NCBI GenBank assembly: GCA_963729045.1
Contig: CAVSMN010000005.1
Coordinates: 1 to 48,526, forward strand
DNA length: 48,526 nt
Source: an uncultured Nitrososphaeraceae archaeon
Lineage (GTDB): Archaea; Thermoproteota; Nitrososphaeria; Nitrososphaerales; Nitrososphaeraceae
Direction of reading: 5' to 3'
Both the position numbers and the translations under genes were made by a program. Below the pieces are notes generated by a model, which saw only the letters and a program-made list of their open reading frames with translations, was not told the DNA's origin and made no database searches. This document shows positions 20,676-31,757 of this stretch, piece by piece; the stretch's first letter is position 1; each line of letters begins with the position of its first letter.

Positions 20676-21518
20676 AAAATATTTCATATTAAGTATTAAA
20701 CTTTTCCTTAAAATTTCGATTAGGTATATTAAAAATGCTCTCATACTGCAATATGATGCATCTTAACAAACACTATGAATTAAGTCGACTCTCTTGGAAG
20801 AGAATGTCATGATCAACCAGCTAACATCTAAATTTGAGCTTCTATTATGCCACTATTAATCAAAAACCAAATACGAAAAGACATCGTTGGGTGATAATAA
20901 CTACATAACTTGACCATCAATATGTTACCAATCATTACTTTGCAGCTATATAATGATAATTCTTTAATTTGGTATTTAAAAATTTATCTGTTAGTTAAAA
21001 TTTTCTCGATTCGTTATATTGCCCATAATACTAACTTAAGTGACTTGTATAAATAGTAATTATTATCCAAAAGAATGAAATAACTATTTATTGAATTATC
21101 TAAGGTTTTTGGACTCCATGAGAGGCTTATTCACATAACCATTCGTTATGTTTTTTTTATTTTATTTAATAAATTGAGTAGTCAGTTGTATTAGTTATCA
21201 CAGTTTCCTATGAAATACATCAACTTTCTATTTTTCCTTTTCTATCATTTCAGACATATTTTTAATGAGGAGAAAATGTCTTAATAAAATTATTAAGTTG
21301 TTTACTGGATCCATGAATCAAAAAAAATCCACAAAATAGTTTTGATCTAGTATATCTAATGTCAAGTGTTAATCTTGTTTGCCCTTACTTTCTTCTATAT
21401 CCACAGTGTAAGGTTAGGTGAATGAAAGTTTCCCGATGATTAAATGAAAAATAGAATATCAAAATGTTTTTTAATATGTTCAAAGTATATTTGTCTACCA
21501 TAGCCGAAACACTTCCAT

Positions 21519-21552
21519 TAAGGTCTTACGCTATCTATTGTGTAAGACCTTA
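21519..21552. repeat. Perfect 11-bp hairpin TAAGGTCTTAC-N12-GTAAGACCTTA
   Basis: Exact inverted repeat 21519-21529 / 21542-21552. An outer TCTAC/GTAGA pair lies at 21494-21498 / 21553-21557. Confidence 0.85.
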
Positions 21553-21739
21553 GTAGAATTTAATTTTTTTCAGACAATTGCCCATACGAGCTTTATAGTC
21601 GACTTCTCATTATTATTATTGTTGCTAATCTTGTGTAGTCATCAACTTCTTTTTACGTCGACGATTATTTACTATCATATTGTGATTTTCATTATGGATT
21701 TCTTGATTCTCTAATTCTCCGTTCAACTTAACGTCATTG

Positions 21740-22150
21740 CTATTTTTTTGTCTTTTTTTTAAAACCTTGGTGAATATCAGTAGATTTTTCGAGATATTGT
21801 TGTTCAGAAACTTCCTTCAAAGTATCATTTGAATAAACTGGAGAAGGAGAATTCATCACATAGTGTTTATGCCGCCTTTCTACATCTTTATTGTCTCCTT
21901 TAAGGACCTTTTCAATTTCTTTTGCCAAAATCCTCTTGACAAGTTCTTTGAGTCTATCTGTATCTGGACCCGGTGGATAAGTGGCTAATAAATATTCAAA
22001 TATTTTCATGTACTCAACTACTTTGTTGCGATATTCCTCCTCAGAGGGTTTGTGATTTTTTGTTATCTTAAACCAAGTAGTTGCACATTGAGCAGGATAG
22101 GCTTTTGCAAGTTCTTCTATTACGCGCTCCATTTCAAAGTAATCTAGCAT
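21740..22150 (-). CDS. Conserved thaumarchaeal hypothetical protein
   Basis: DY.EME.VIEELA....CAT.WF..T....PS.EEYR.KVVE.M..FE...G.NK.VE.R.K pattern. The C-terminus may be affected by poly-A slippage. Confidence 0.8.
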   Translation of the reverse strand: MLDYFEMERVIEELAKAYPAQCATTWFKITKNHKPSEEEYRNKVVEYMKIFEYLLATYPPGPDTDRLKELVKRILAKEIEKVLKGDNKDVERRHKHYVMNSPSPVYSNDTLKEVSEQQYLEKSTDIHQGFKKKTKK

Positions 22151-22368
22151 AAAGACAAACTCCTATAGAAAAGAATAATTGGAATACTTTCCTTTCTTCT
22201 CAATTTACATAATATGTGTTCTTGTACTATTTATCCTCTCATTTTGTGCTCTTAATATATATTGCCAAATTAATTGGCTTCAAAGGTAAAAGGTATCTTA
22301 TCTCAGATAGATGTGAATCAAATGTGATACAGAAAAAAATAATACGCGCTGTTTGGGTCCTACTCTTG

Positions 22369-22548
22369 ATGCAGGACAGGTTATATGAAAAGAAAAGATA
22401 GTTAATTTTGAGATTTATCAAAAAACATGGAAAAGCAGACCATTCATTTATACTAAATGAAATCAACGTCGATTATGACACATTAATGAAGATAATTTCG
22501 GAGTTACGAAGAGAAGGACAATTAGGGCCCAAAACAGACTTGATTTAG
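22369..22548 (+). pseudogene. 59-codon winged-HTH-like gene with an internal amber stop
   Basis: MQDRLYEKKR*LILRFIKKHGKADHSFILNEINVDYDTLMKIISELRREGQL. The TAG at 22399-22401 is probably from CAG. Confidence 0.7.
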
Positions 22549-23095
22549 AATAGGTCTTTTAAATTAGAACAAAGGAAGATGGTCGCTAAAAAGAATTTAG
22601 CACATTGAAATTACCGATATTAGGATAAATCTCTTTAAAAATTGATAAAACATCCAAATAAATACTTGGAATGGAAACCTATTTTGAAGGGTAGTTTGCC
22701 TGTATTATTTGTCTTTTTTCTCAACAACTGTATTTTCTCTCAGTATTTACCAATAGAATCGCCATGGTAGTACTAATATCGGTGACAAGTCATTTTAGGT
22801 CTGCACATCCTTGTTCTGAAAATAATTTCAAACCTTTTTATTATTTGTTTAAAACTAGCTAATTACACCCTACTTAGTTTGTTTAATTCCTGTTAGGAAA
22901 CACATGGTAAAAGGATTTCGATTTAATTTTCTTCCCTGTTTGAGGATAACAAAGTATTGATGGAACTAGTTAGATGACCAAATTATAAATGGATTCTAAT
23001 TCCTACATTCTGAATGCTATTGAATCCTACAATTGCACAAAAGGATGAAAGAGTAAAGCCAAATCTCTTTCCAAACCGATTCTATCTAGCAAAAG

Positions 23096-23618
23096 CTAAT
23101 TAGCAAACGAATTTTGATTTTCTATTGGTATATCCAAAAAGACTTCCTCAGGGTACTTTTGAAGGGCTATTGGTACCTAATACACACTTAAAATTAAAAT
23201 TGTTTGAAGTTTCAACACATGCATTGAAATTTTCATTTACATCAATAACGCCAGAATCAAATTCAAAAGTTAACTGTTTTTCTTGTCCGTCCAATCCAAC
23301 AGGTTCTGGATTGATCTTTGCTATGGCACATTCTCCATTCGATGAGATAATGAAAATAGTAAGAGGACCTACATTATCAATATTTTGATTAGACAAATGG
23401 ACATTGATTTTTAGACCTTTAGGACCATCTCCTCCATTACCATTATCATTCTCATTTGTTGAAATCCCGTTTACCGAGACTTCAGGAAAACTCAAGCATT
23501 GAGTTTGAAGTGGGGATTGGGCAGCAGATCCAAACGAATTCTGGGCATAAGAGGGCAGAAATAAAAGTGTAAAGCAACAAATGATCAAAGCAATAGGGTA
23601 GTTCTTATTCAAAACCAT
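23096..23618 (-). CDS. Secreted hypothetical protein (Nitrososphaeraceae-type beta domain), 1-nt shift in the last codons
   Basis: Signal peptide ending SYA|Q, then F.ACV......C..G.NSP.K. Removing one C at ~23151 gives VPEEVFLDIPIENQNSFAN*. Confidence 0.75.
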
Positions 23619-23811
23619 ATTATTCTATATATCATAAATTATATATTCTTTCATATTTCATTCTGCAGGAGCAGATCTTAGATTTCCTACAACTACTTAT
23701 TAACAATCGATTACAAAGAACATCAGATATTTCAAATACCTTAAATAGTAAAATAAACATCCCAAAAGACGTTTGTTATAATTATATTGAGGCAAAAACC
23801 TAATTGTCATA

Positions 23812-25059
23812 TTGTACATGCTTAATTTCGGTTTGATCTTTTTTTTCTGTGCTTTCTCAACCATATTTACACAGTTCATCAATGCAGAACCTACTATTGA
23901 AGACCCCTTAATAAAGGTCGAACTGGTGGTAAGTGGCCTATCATCTCCAACTAGTATGGCTTTTGTTGATTCTCAAAACATACTAGTATTGGAAAAAAAT
24001 AGTGGAGAGGTAAAACTGGTCTCAAATGGTGAGTTAAAAAAAGACCCTATTTTGAAATTAGAAGTGGATTCCACTACCTTTACCTGCTGTAGAGGACTAC
24101 TTGGAATAGACATCGATAATCAAAATGCTACTAATAGTAGAGACGTATTTATTTACCTTACTGCAGCGGGTAAGGACAACATCCCGGTTGTAAATAAGGT
24201 TATCAAATACAAATGGGATGGAAGGGAGCTCATAAACCCTCAAATTATATTGGAATTGCCTGCCACGCCTGGACCGAATCATCCAGGTGGCAAACTGGCA
24301 CTAGATGCTGAGGGTAATTTATATACTGTAATTGGAGATCTCAATAATGAAGGTATACTACAAAATATAAAAGATGGTAAAGGACTATCAGACAGCTCCG
24401 TCATATTAAAAGTCAATAGGATTGATGGTTCACATCTACTTGATAATCCTTTTGTAAGTACTAAAAATGAATTTCCCACAAGTCAAGTGGAAAAATATTA
24501 TGGTTATGGAATCAGAAATAGTTTTGGTTTGGCAGTAGACCCGGTAACTGGAAATTTATGGGATACAGAAAATGGGGATAAAGACTATGACGAAATAAAT
24601 TTGGTATATCCGGGTTTTAATAGCGGCTGGAAACAGTTAATGGGACCCATTTCTAATAGCGATGTTACTGAAAACGACTTGGCGGTACTACGGGACTCGT
24701 ATTATGGAGATCCAATTTTTAGTTGGGAACCTTCCTTAGGGGTTACCGACTTGGAATTTTTTAATTCCAAGAATTTGGGAGACAAATATGAAAACAATCT
24801 TTTTGTAGGTGATATTAATAATGGCAACATATATTATTTCAAATTAAACAGTAGTAGAACGGGCTTTGAATTTGAAAGTCCTGAAATTGATGTTGATCGG
24901 ATAGCAAATGAGGAAGAAAAGGATAATTTAGTGTGGGGTAAGGGATTTGACGGAATTACTGATTTAGAAACGGGTCCGGATGGAAACTTGTATGTATTAT
25001 CATTTGATGAATCCAGTAATGGTGATGGTAAAATATATAGAATCACAAGCAAAGGATAA
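23812..25059 (+). CDS. PQQ-dependent sugar dehydrogenase (glucose/sorbosone dehydrogenase, six-bladed propeller), secreted
   Basis: Signal peptide, GLSSPTSMAF, RGLLG, HxGG catalytic His, YGIRNSFGL..DP.TG.LW.TENG...DEIN, GITD...GPDG.LY. Confidence 0.95.
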   Translation: MYMLNFGLIFFFCAFSTIFTQFINAEPTIEDPLIKVELVVSGLSSPTSMAFVDSQNILVLEKNSGEVKLVSNGELKKDPILKLEVDSTTFTCCRGLLGIDIDNQNATNSRDVFIYLTAAGKDNIPVVNKVIKYKWDGRELINPQIILELPATPGPNHPGGKLALDAEGNLYTVIGDLNNEGILQNIKDGKGLSDSSVILKVNRIDGSHLLDNPFVSTKNEFPTSQVEKYYGYGIRNSFGLAVDPVTGNLWDTENGDKDYDEINLVYPGFNSGWKQLMGPISNSDVTENDLAVLRDSYYGDPIFSWEPSLGVTDLEFFNSKNLGDKYENNLFVGDINNGNIYYFKLNSSRTGFEFESPEIDVDRIANEEEKDNLVWGKGFDGITDLETGPDGNLYVLSFDESSNGDGKIYRITSKG

Positions 25060-25763
25060 GATCCCTTCATTATGTGAAAGATCATTATCCCGCCTTCTCT
25101 CCCCTCCCCTAATAATACTACTCTTTCCAAATCTACTTTTCCACTTTATATTTTAGAATTACGTCAGAAACTAGGTACCCTGATTCTTATACCAATGCTT
25201 TGCAACCCAATACCCTATGTGATTTAATCTAAATGATCATTGTATCTCTTTCATGAAGTTAATACAATACGATTTTGTCATAACAGTCCAATTCTAATTC
25301 AAAACACCCAGAATTGTAAATACAGCACCCTCAAGAGACGATATTAGAAATTCAGTTTACCTTACATTCGAATAATTGTAGAGAATTGTAAATATTTCTC
25401 AATATAACAAATTACTTAGTGCGATTATTTAAGGCTGACATTTCAAAAACACTCGAAGTCATGATTATAACCATTTTTCTTAAAGACCATCGTGTTATGG
25501 AAATTGCCTATCTTGTCCAGAGATCAACATGACGTTGTACCGAGGAAGACCTTCAGAATAATCTACCGGTACTTGGGGACCTTCCCTGTTCTTCAATCAA
25601 ATTTACATTTCAGTAAGATGAAAAACCTAATAATAAGATATTTTTTTAAGCACTCTGCAAAATAGGAAGAATCAAAAGGTATGATTAGTAATCTTCCTTT
25701 CAAATACAGACAGGAGGTTAGATTGCTGGTTTGAGGTCCGGTCCAGTGTTTAATATCTATTGA

Positions 25764-25976
25764 TCAATTGTTCTCCGTAGTCTTTCTCATTTCAAAACCT
25801 CTGAATGATCTGAACGATCTTGTTCTTAATTTATGGTTACAACAGAGACAATAAGTTGCATTCCATCTTTTAAAAATCCCACAGACGCTGCATCTTTTCT
25901 GTCCTTACTTATAACTAGATGGGACAGAAGGATTTCTTTTTGCCTTGAATCTTTCGAATGTTTCATTGCAACTCAT
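25764..25976 (-). pseudogene. Pseudogenised paralogue of the 14454-14732 Cys-rich protein
   Basis: MSCNETFERFKAKR...SYK*GQKRCSVCGIFKRWNATYCLCCNHKLRTR, with the stop at 25905-25907. Confidence 0.8.
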
Positions 25977-26450
25977 GATTCAAACATCAAATTTCTATTA
26001 CGGAAATAAATTTTTTTCCTAGCTAATGGAATCAGATATATGCATAATAGAGGAAATAGAATATAACGTTACTAATTTCTCTTCTTTAAGCATTTTGATG
26101 GTCAACAATCTGGAAGTTCCAAACAAAACTACTATTAGCCAAACAAAAACAAAATTATTGAAATAGATATAATATTGTACATTTATTGGAAGGAGATATT
26201 ATGGATTTCATGGTTATTCAAAACGTGATTTGTCAAATATTATTGTACATTAGCATTACAAAATACAGTAAAAATATCCATACCATGGTATCTTATAAAG
26301 TTGATAAATTCTTTAAGATATCTAATTATTAAGACTGTATCTTCAAAATTATACTCGAATCTTATTATAGAATTGGATTATAGATTCTTAGTATAGAATT
26401 ATAGGTTAAAAACCTCAAATAAATGATTATACTACATAGTCCTAATCAAA

Positions 26451-26804
26451 ATGAAAGTAAATTTTTCAACATATAAGATACTCAGAATGGTCGTGATTGC
26501 AGGCCTTATCCCGGTTAGCGCAATTCAAGGTACCTCATTAATAAGTAGTGTGTTTGCGAACAATCTCTGTTTGGGACCGTTAGCCTGCAGCGCTGTGGGT
26601 GGTAGTGGTGGACATGGTGGAAACACTGGGGACGCCATAAGTGGAGATATAGGTCCTGGTGGCTCTTGTTTTGCAAAAAATCATGTGACTATAGGAGATG
26701 AGTGTGGTGGAAGTACCGGTAGTAGTGAACCCAGAAGTGGAAGCGGTGATCACAGTATGAACGGAGGTAGAGGTGGAGAAGCACATAATACTGTTCGTAG
26801 CTAG
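26451..26804 (+). CDS. Small secreted Gly-rich protein with four Cys
   Basis: Signal-like N-terminus ending SVFA, then GGSGGHGG...GGRGG tracts. Confidence 0.7.
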   Translation: MKVNFSTYKILRMVVIAGLIPVSAIQGTSLISSVFANNLCLGPLACSAVGGSGGHGGNTGDAISGDIGPGGSCFAKNHVTIGDECGGSTGSSEPRSGSGDHSMNGGRGGEAHNTVRS

Positions 26805-27197
26805 ATTTAGTTCTTGATACTTCAAGAATTTTAGTAGTTTTTCTATACCAGTTAATTACAAATTTAACTTTTTTTAAACTCATGGTATGGTTTAGAGTTC
26901 TCTCATCTTTATAGGAAATGGAAAATGTTTCTTATACAATTCGAGCATTGCGTAGCACAATCAAGTGACTATCTAACATCTATACAAATCCTAGCCTTTT
27001 GCTAATTCTTATTTTCAATCTTACCCGTTCTAAATGAACTTATCAAAAGTCCTAGAGCTGGGTGAATTATGATACGTGCAGGATTAAGAGGATATTCTAT
27101 CCATCTGTTCTGAATTTATGTTGAATCAGACCGTGAAAATCAAATTTTCTAACAAGAAAAATATCTCATAGTATATATCGTAATCATTTGATTTTGA

Positions 27198-27538
27198 GTA
27201 TTCATAGTAGTCCCAACTATATTGGCTCTGATACTTGTTGTATCAATACTTACTTTTGTTATTCACAATCCAATAATAAAGTAACAATAGTCTAAGATGC
27301 TTCAGAATTAGCTGATAAAACGTTTGACCCAAATCCCGCGATGATAAACCAAGGCAATCCTGTGACTTGGACAAATAAAGACTCTGGAATTCATACTGTA
27401 ACAGAGGACCAGGATTTATTAAGCTCAAAAGATTTGAGACCAGCTCAGACATTTGATAATACATTTGACTCGGCAGGTACATTTGTTTATCATTGCATGT
27501 TACATCCTTTTATGACAGGAAAAATAATTGTAAACTGA
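27198..27538 (+). pseudogene. Plastocyanin/amicyanin-like cupredoxin with disrupted N-terminus
   Basis: F.P.P..I..G..VTWTN.DS..HTVT...TF...GTF.YHCMLHPFMTG keeps all four type-1 Cu ligands. The signal peptide is in another frame and there is an in-frame TAA at 27293-27295. Confidence 0.85.
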
Positions 27539-27656
27539 TATAATAGGATTATTTTAGTTCATATTCTCAAAATACTTTACCAATTTCTCTTGAAATTTTA
27601 CTTGAAATTGCCTCATCAATCCTTGTTGATTAAAACAGCAATAAGTATTGATAAAA

Positions 27657-28136
27657 TCAGTCTATAGTTCCATCATTGGAAATTAAAGATAACCTATTAA
27701 AATATTGCTGAAGTGTGTCTATACCCAACAACATTGTGAACAATGAATCAAAAAATTTATCTTTAGTTAAGCCATCAAAATATATTAGTTTTTCCATGAT
27801 AAATTTTTCTATTTTGTCTTTTGATGAATTGCTGTGACGAGCCAACAAACCCAATTGGTATAATGCCATCAATAGATCTGGAATAAAGCGATTCTTTTCT
27901 TTCGATGGTAATAGAGACAATGAATTTTTCTGTTGTTTTGAGAAATTCATTGATGTAATTAACGTTACCTTATCATGTAAATCATCAACAATAATATTGA
28001 CATTCCTATTATTAGATTTTGCTACAAGATTCATAATAACCGTAGGGTCTTCGATTTCATCAAATCTCCAAATATCACTTTCTTCTACAAGCCATCGTTT
28101 AATTCTCAGCGATATTTCGTGTTGAGATAATGACAT
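27657..28136 (-). CDS. DUF2299-like archaeal protein
   Basis: IKRWLVEE...EK.RF..DL...L...IYFDGLTKDKF pattern. Confidence 0.72.
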   Translation of the reverse strand: MSLSQHEISLRIKRWLVEESDIWRFDEIEDPTVIMNLVAKSNNRNVNIIVDDLHDKVTLITSMNFSKQQKNSLSLLPSKEKNRFIPDLLMALYQLGLLARHSNSSKDKIEKFIMEKLIYFDGLTKDKFFDSLFTMLLGIDTLQQYFNRLSLISNDGTID

Positions 28137-29085
28137 CTTAATTAATTTAAAATCGCCTCTATATAATCATATAATAGTAAAAATAATAAAGAGAATTAGG
28201 TTTTATCGAACCCACAAGCATAGTGAAATAGAAGATCAAATTTCATGATAAGGAAGTCAACTAGCAGTCTAATCTTGAATAGACATGAGTGATAAAGATG
28301 AGCCGTTAATCATTTACCTAAAAATTGAGATTACCATTTGATAATTCTTGATTTTTAGGTTTGATGGATATTCAATAGAACTAAGCACAGGATCCAATTT
28401 CAATCAACCAGATTAAGGGTTTATCAATTGCTAGTCTATTAGCCTAAAATCCGCTGGTATAATTATTGTTCATGAGCTCGGTCAGCAGTATCTGTTATTG
28501 CTAGGTGTTTTACCCTTTATGGTAAATGTATCAGGACAGAACCCCTAAAATATCCGTAATCTTATTAATACAAAATTTAAATTTCACAGACTACACCTTA
28601 GAGCCATCAGCCTTTTTCAAGTTCCTAAACAAATACGAAATGAAAAAAAAGATAAACAAATTTACATTGAAAATAGATGCGATTTATGGATTAATATATA
28701 GTAACCATAATTTCTAAGGTATTGGTGGACGTCTACTCTCCTCCTCTTCGGTTGCCTTTTCAAAAAATTTAGTACGAATATCTCCATCTCCATAAACATG
28801 CCCAACTTTCAAATAACTTGAATTACTATTATTCGATACGTTATTTAATCTGACAATTATGTCAATATGAACTGGAGAAATAGTTGGTAATAATTAAGTT
28901 ATGTCGTTTAGTATGTCATCATTTTCATAGTACTTACACTTTTATGGATTTAAAGTAAAGTTTCTAGAACCAATTTTACCTAATTCTAGAACTTTTGGTT
29001 CAAAGTCTATATCATTATTTTCTTGTAGGCAGTACCGATTATTTTTTTACTACTGCTATACTTGTAAAACAATTGTCTATGCATA

Positions 29086-29286
29086 TCATAAAAACAATGA
29101 TTCTATCTCCTTAATTGTTTCAGGATTCTTTTCAGTCAAGACGTATTTGATACCTACGGGTTTATTATCATCACTAATATCGATAAATACTACGTCTCCA
29201 AGTGGGATGGTGCTAACTATTTTCTTGTCCGTTAGTTTAACATAGAGAATATTATCCTCTGGATCATACTCAACGGTCGAATTCAC
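29086..29286 (-). CDS. DUF2283 domain protein (putative antitoxin)
   Basis: YDPE.NILYV.L....IV.T..LGD.V.ID...D.KPVGI signature. Confidence 0.88.
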   Translation of the reverse strand: MNSTVEYDPEDNILYVKLTDKKIVSTIPLGDVVFIDISDDNKPVGIKYVLTEKNPETIKEIESLFL

Positions 29287-29390
29287 TAGATTTTTCCCCC
29301 TTCTTTATTACTTCTTCTGATTACCAATAATTCCAATTTATGGATATACTTATAATTCATGACCAAGTATTTAGGTTCTTTACTGCATGT
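29286..29390 (-). pseudogene. Possible remnant of the cognate upstream toxin (DUF4258/RelE-like C-terminus)
   Basis: KYLVMNYKYIHKLELLVIRRSNKEGGKI*, whose TAG overlaps the GTG start of the DUF2283 gene. Confidence 0.35.
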
Positions 29391-29598
29391 GACAAATCTA
29401 GAGAGGAGACAGAATCTGTAGTTAGGATTGTAGAACCTTTGTGTGAAGATTAGATTTCCTTAGAAAAAAATATATTTCTTGCTTGATCACTTTACTCTTC
29501 ATTTTTGAGTATCCTGATAAATTAAAAAATGTATATTCTAAAAATTTCCCTGAAAATCATGATAAAGAAATTATCCAACATTTCGTATTATTACATTT

Positions 29599-29882
29599 AT
29601 GGTCAAGGGACTAACCTCTGAGGATGAAACCGTTATGCTCAGAAAAATTGAGGGCTGGATACTATACATATTGTTGGCAACACATAACGCTGGACCAAAT
29701 CATTGAATTATTGAGAGATAACTGATCAAATGAGTTGCCCACATTCCGATGATATAGATACTGCCATTGAAGTCATGATCCTTCACGCACTGATTTATTC
29801 TCCTGATGTTGAAAATTACTACATAATCAGTGATGAAATCATAGATCATAACAAGAGAAAGACAGAAGGAAAGTTATTTTAG
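29599..29882 (+). pseudogene. Decayed small wHTH-like hypothetical gene
   Basis: MVKG...IEGWILYILL...[shift]SLNY*EITDQMSCPHSDDIDTAIEVMILHALIYSPDVENYYI: one frameshift and one stop. Confidence 0.35.
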
Positions 29883-31268
29883 GTACTTTAGAAGACCTAC
29901 CATGGAGAATAAGATACTAGAAAGTTAACTGGGAATATCTGTTGCTATTATACAATACACTTAACTTGAAATTTAGTATTAACGATAATTAGAACTATTG
30001 AATCACTCAAGCAGAGTGAGGATACTCAAAGGTATTTCATTGGTCCAAAAGATGTAAATTCATGAAATATCATGATAAACCACCGGTGAGGGAATAGGGT
30101 TGGTAGGGGATCAATATCTATTAACCAATTTTTAGTATCATCTATTTAACCTATCCCGTCTAGTGCTATTTACCGATCTGCGTAGCATAAAGAATGCATT
30201 GCACATATCTAGAAATGGGGAAATTGTTCTTTGTATCCCGGTACGTTTATATCACTAATTACCTCACTACTAGTTCAATTATCATCTGTTACTCAAGGAT
30301 TCTGGCTTTTATCACCTGTAAATCCTGTTTTGTGCATTCCTCTTTCCCTGTCCGTTACATAGAATCAAATTTACGTTGTACCTCATGACAACATGTAACA
30401 CTTACCAAATAGGAATCTCCTAAAACGAAACGTCCTTATTTTATTATCATTCCCTAAATAGTGTATCTCTGTGAGTCGTATACGCTGTATATGACACATA
30501 TATTGATAAAAGACTATCAACAAAATTTGCCTTTTTAATTTCTAGGCAACCAGATAACCCCAAACTATCTTTACTATTAAATATCAGTTCAAACATGATT
30601 CATATACAATACTGTATATTTCGTAGTCATCAAGATGAAACAACCTTAGGACTGGATTCCAGTCATATTTTTCAAGTATTTTCTGATCTCACTTTTCCAA
30701 GCACAAATAAAGATACATCAAATACTCATACCTCAAATACCAAGAATTTTCTTGCAAGGTCCGATAATTTGGAATCTAAATAGAATATATGCAAATAAAG
30801 ATATTTGTGTTTTTTGTTGTTTAGATATTTTTTTCATAGATAAAGGTTTGATAATTTTGGAAAATTCAGGCTCTGACCAACAGATTGAGTATGGGTTATA
30901 TCATGAATATTTCTCGTTAAAGTTATCATAAAAACTATATTCAAAATTATTACCAGTATCTTTTAAACAATCAATTGAAAGAATCTGTTGTTCGTGATTA
31001 TGACAATGATATTTCCAAGTCCATGATCTAAATCATTACCATCCTGTGATTATTTGGTAAGGATTTGAACAGAAATTTACACTATTTGAAATAAGGAATA
31101 AAATAGTACGATCTTAAGTTTAGCATCATAATACTAAAATTAGAGAAATATTTTGTTTATCCTTTTTTAATAGTGCGACCCATATGATATCACTCGAGTA
31201 GGTTAGATGGTAAACTCAAAAATGAAGAAAATCTTATTACTGACTTGTTTGATAATTATTACTATTTC

Positions 31269-31757
31269 TTATTTTTGAACAAAACAAAATTTTAACAAAT
31301 CCAAAATTTTTTCCTTAACAAATTCTGTAGTTATTTCATCTAATGTAAATGTTCCTTCGCGACCTGCTGTACCTTCCTCTTGCATCATCTTTTGCATATA
31401 AAGGGTTACCTTATTTGGTTCTTCCATAAAGAAGGTCAAAGATGGATGCCTGTCCTGTGCCGATGATATGTCATCGTAGGGATATATATCTAATTTCATC
31501 TCAGTCACGAATCTTCCTTGAATCTTGTCTATGATATCACACCTGATATCATGTAAAATGAGCTTATTCTTAATTTCCTTAAAAACAGGAAAAATAACTG
31601 TATGTACTTTTTTTGAAAATCCTTCGGTAAATTCATCAAGATTTTCTCTGGATTCATTTTCTGAAGAGTGGTTTCCTCTAGTTAAAGTGATATAATTATC
31701 AATAACCTTGTCAATTTCATCGTCAATATTCATTTTTATCTGATATTCTCCTTGCAT
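31269..31757 (-). CDS. Hypothetical protein
   Basis: 162-aa ORF with normal globular composition and an upstream TTTATATA. No recognisable functional motif. Confidence 0.75.
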   Translation of the reverse strand: MQGEYQIKMNIDDEIDKVIDNYITLTRGNHSSENESRENLDEFTEGFSKKVHTVIFPVFKEIKNKLILHDIRCDIIDKIQGRFVTEMKLDIYPYDDISSAQDRHPSLTFFMEEPNKVTLYMQKMMQEEGTAGREGTFTLDEITTEFVKEKILDLLKFCFVQK

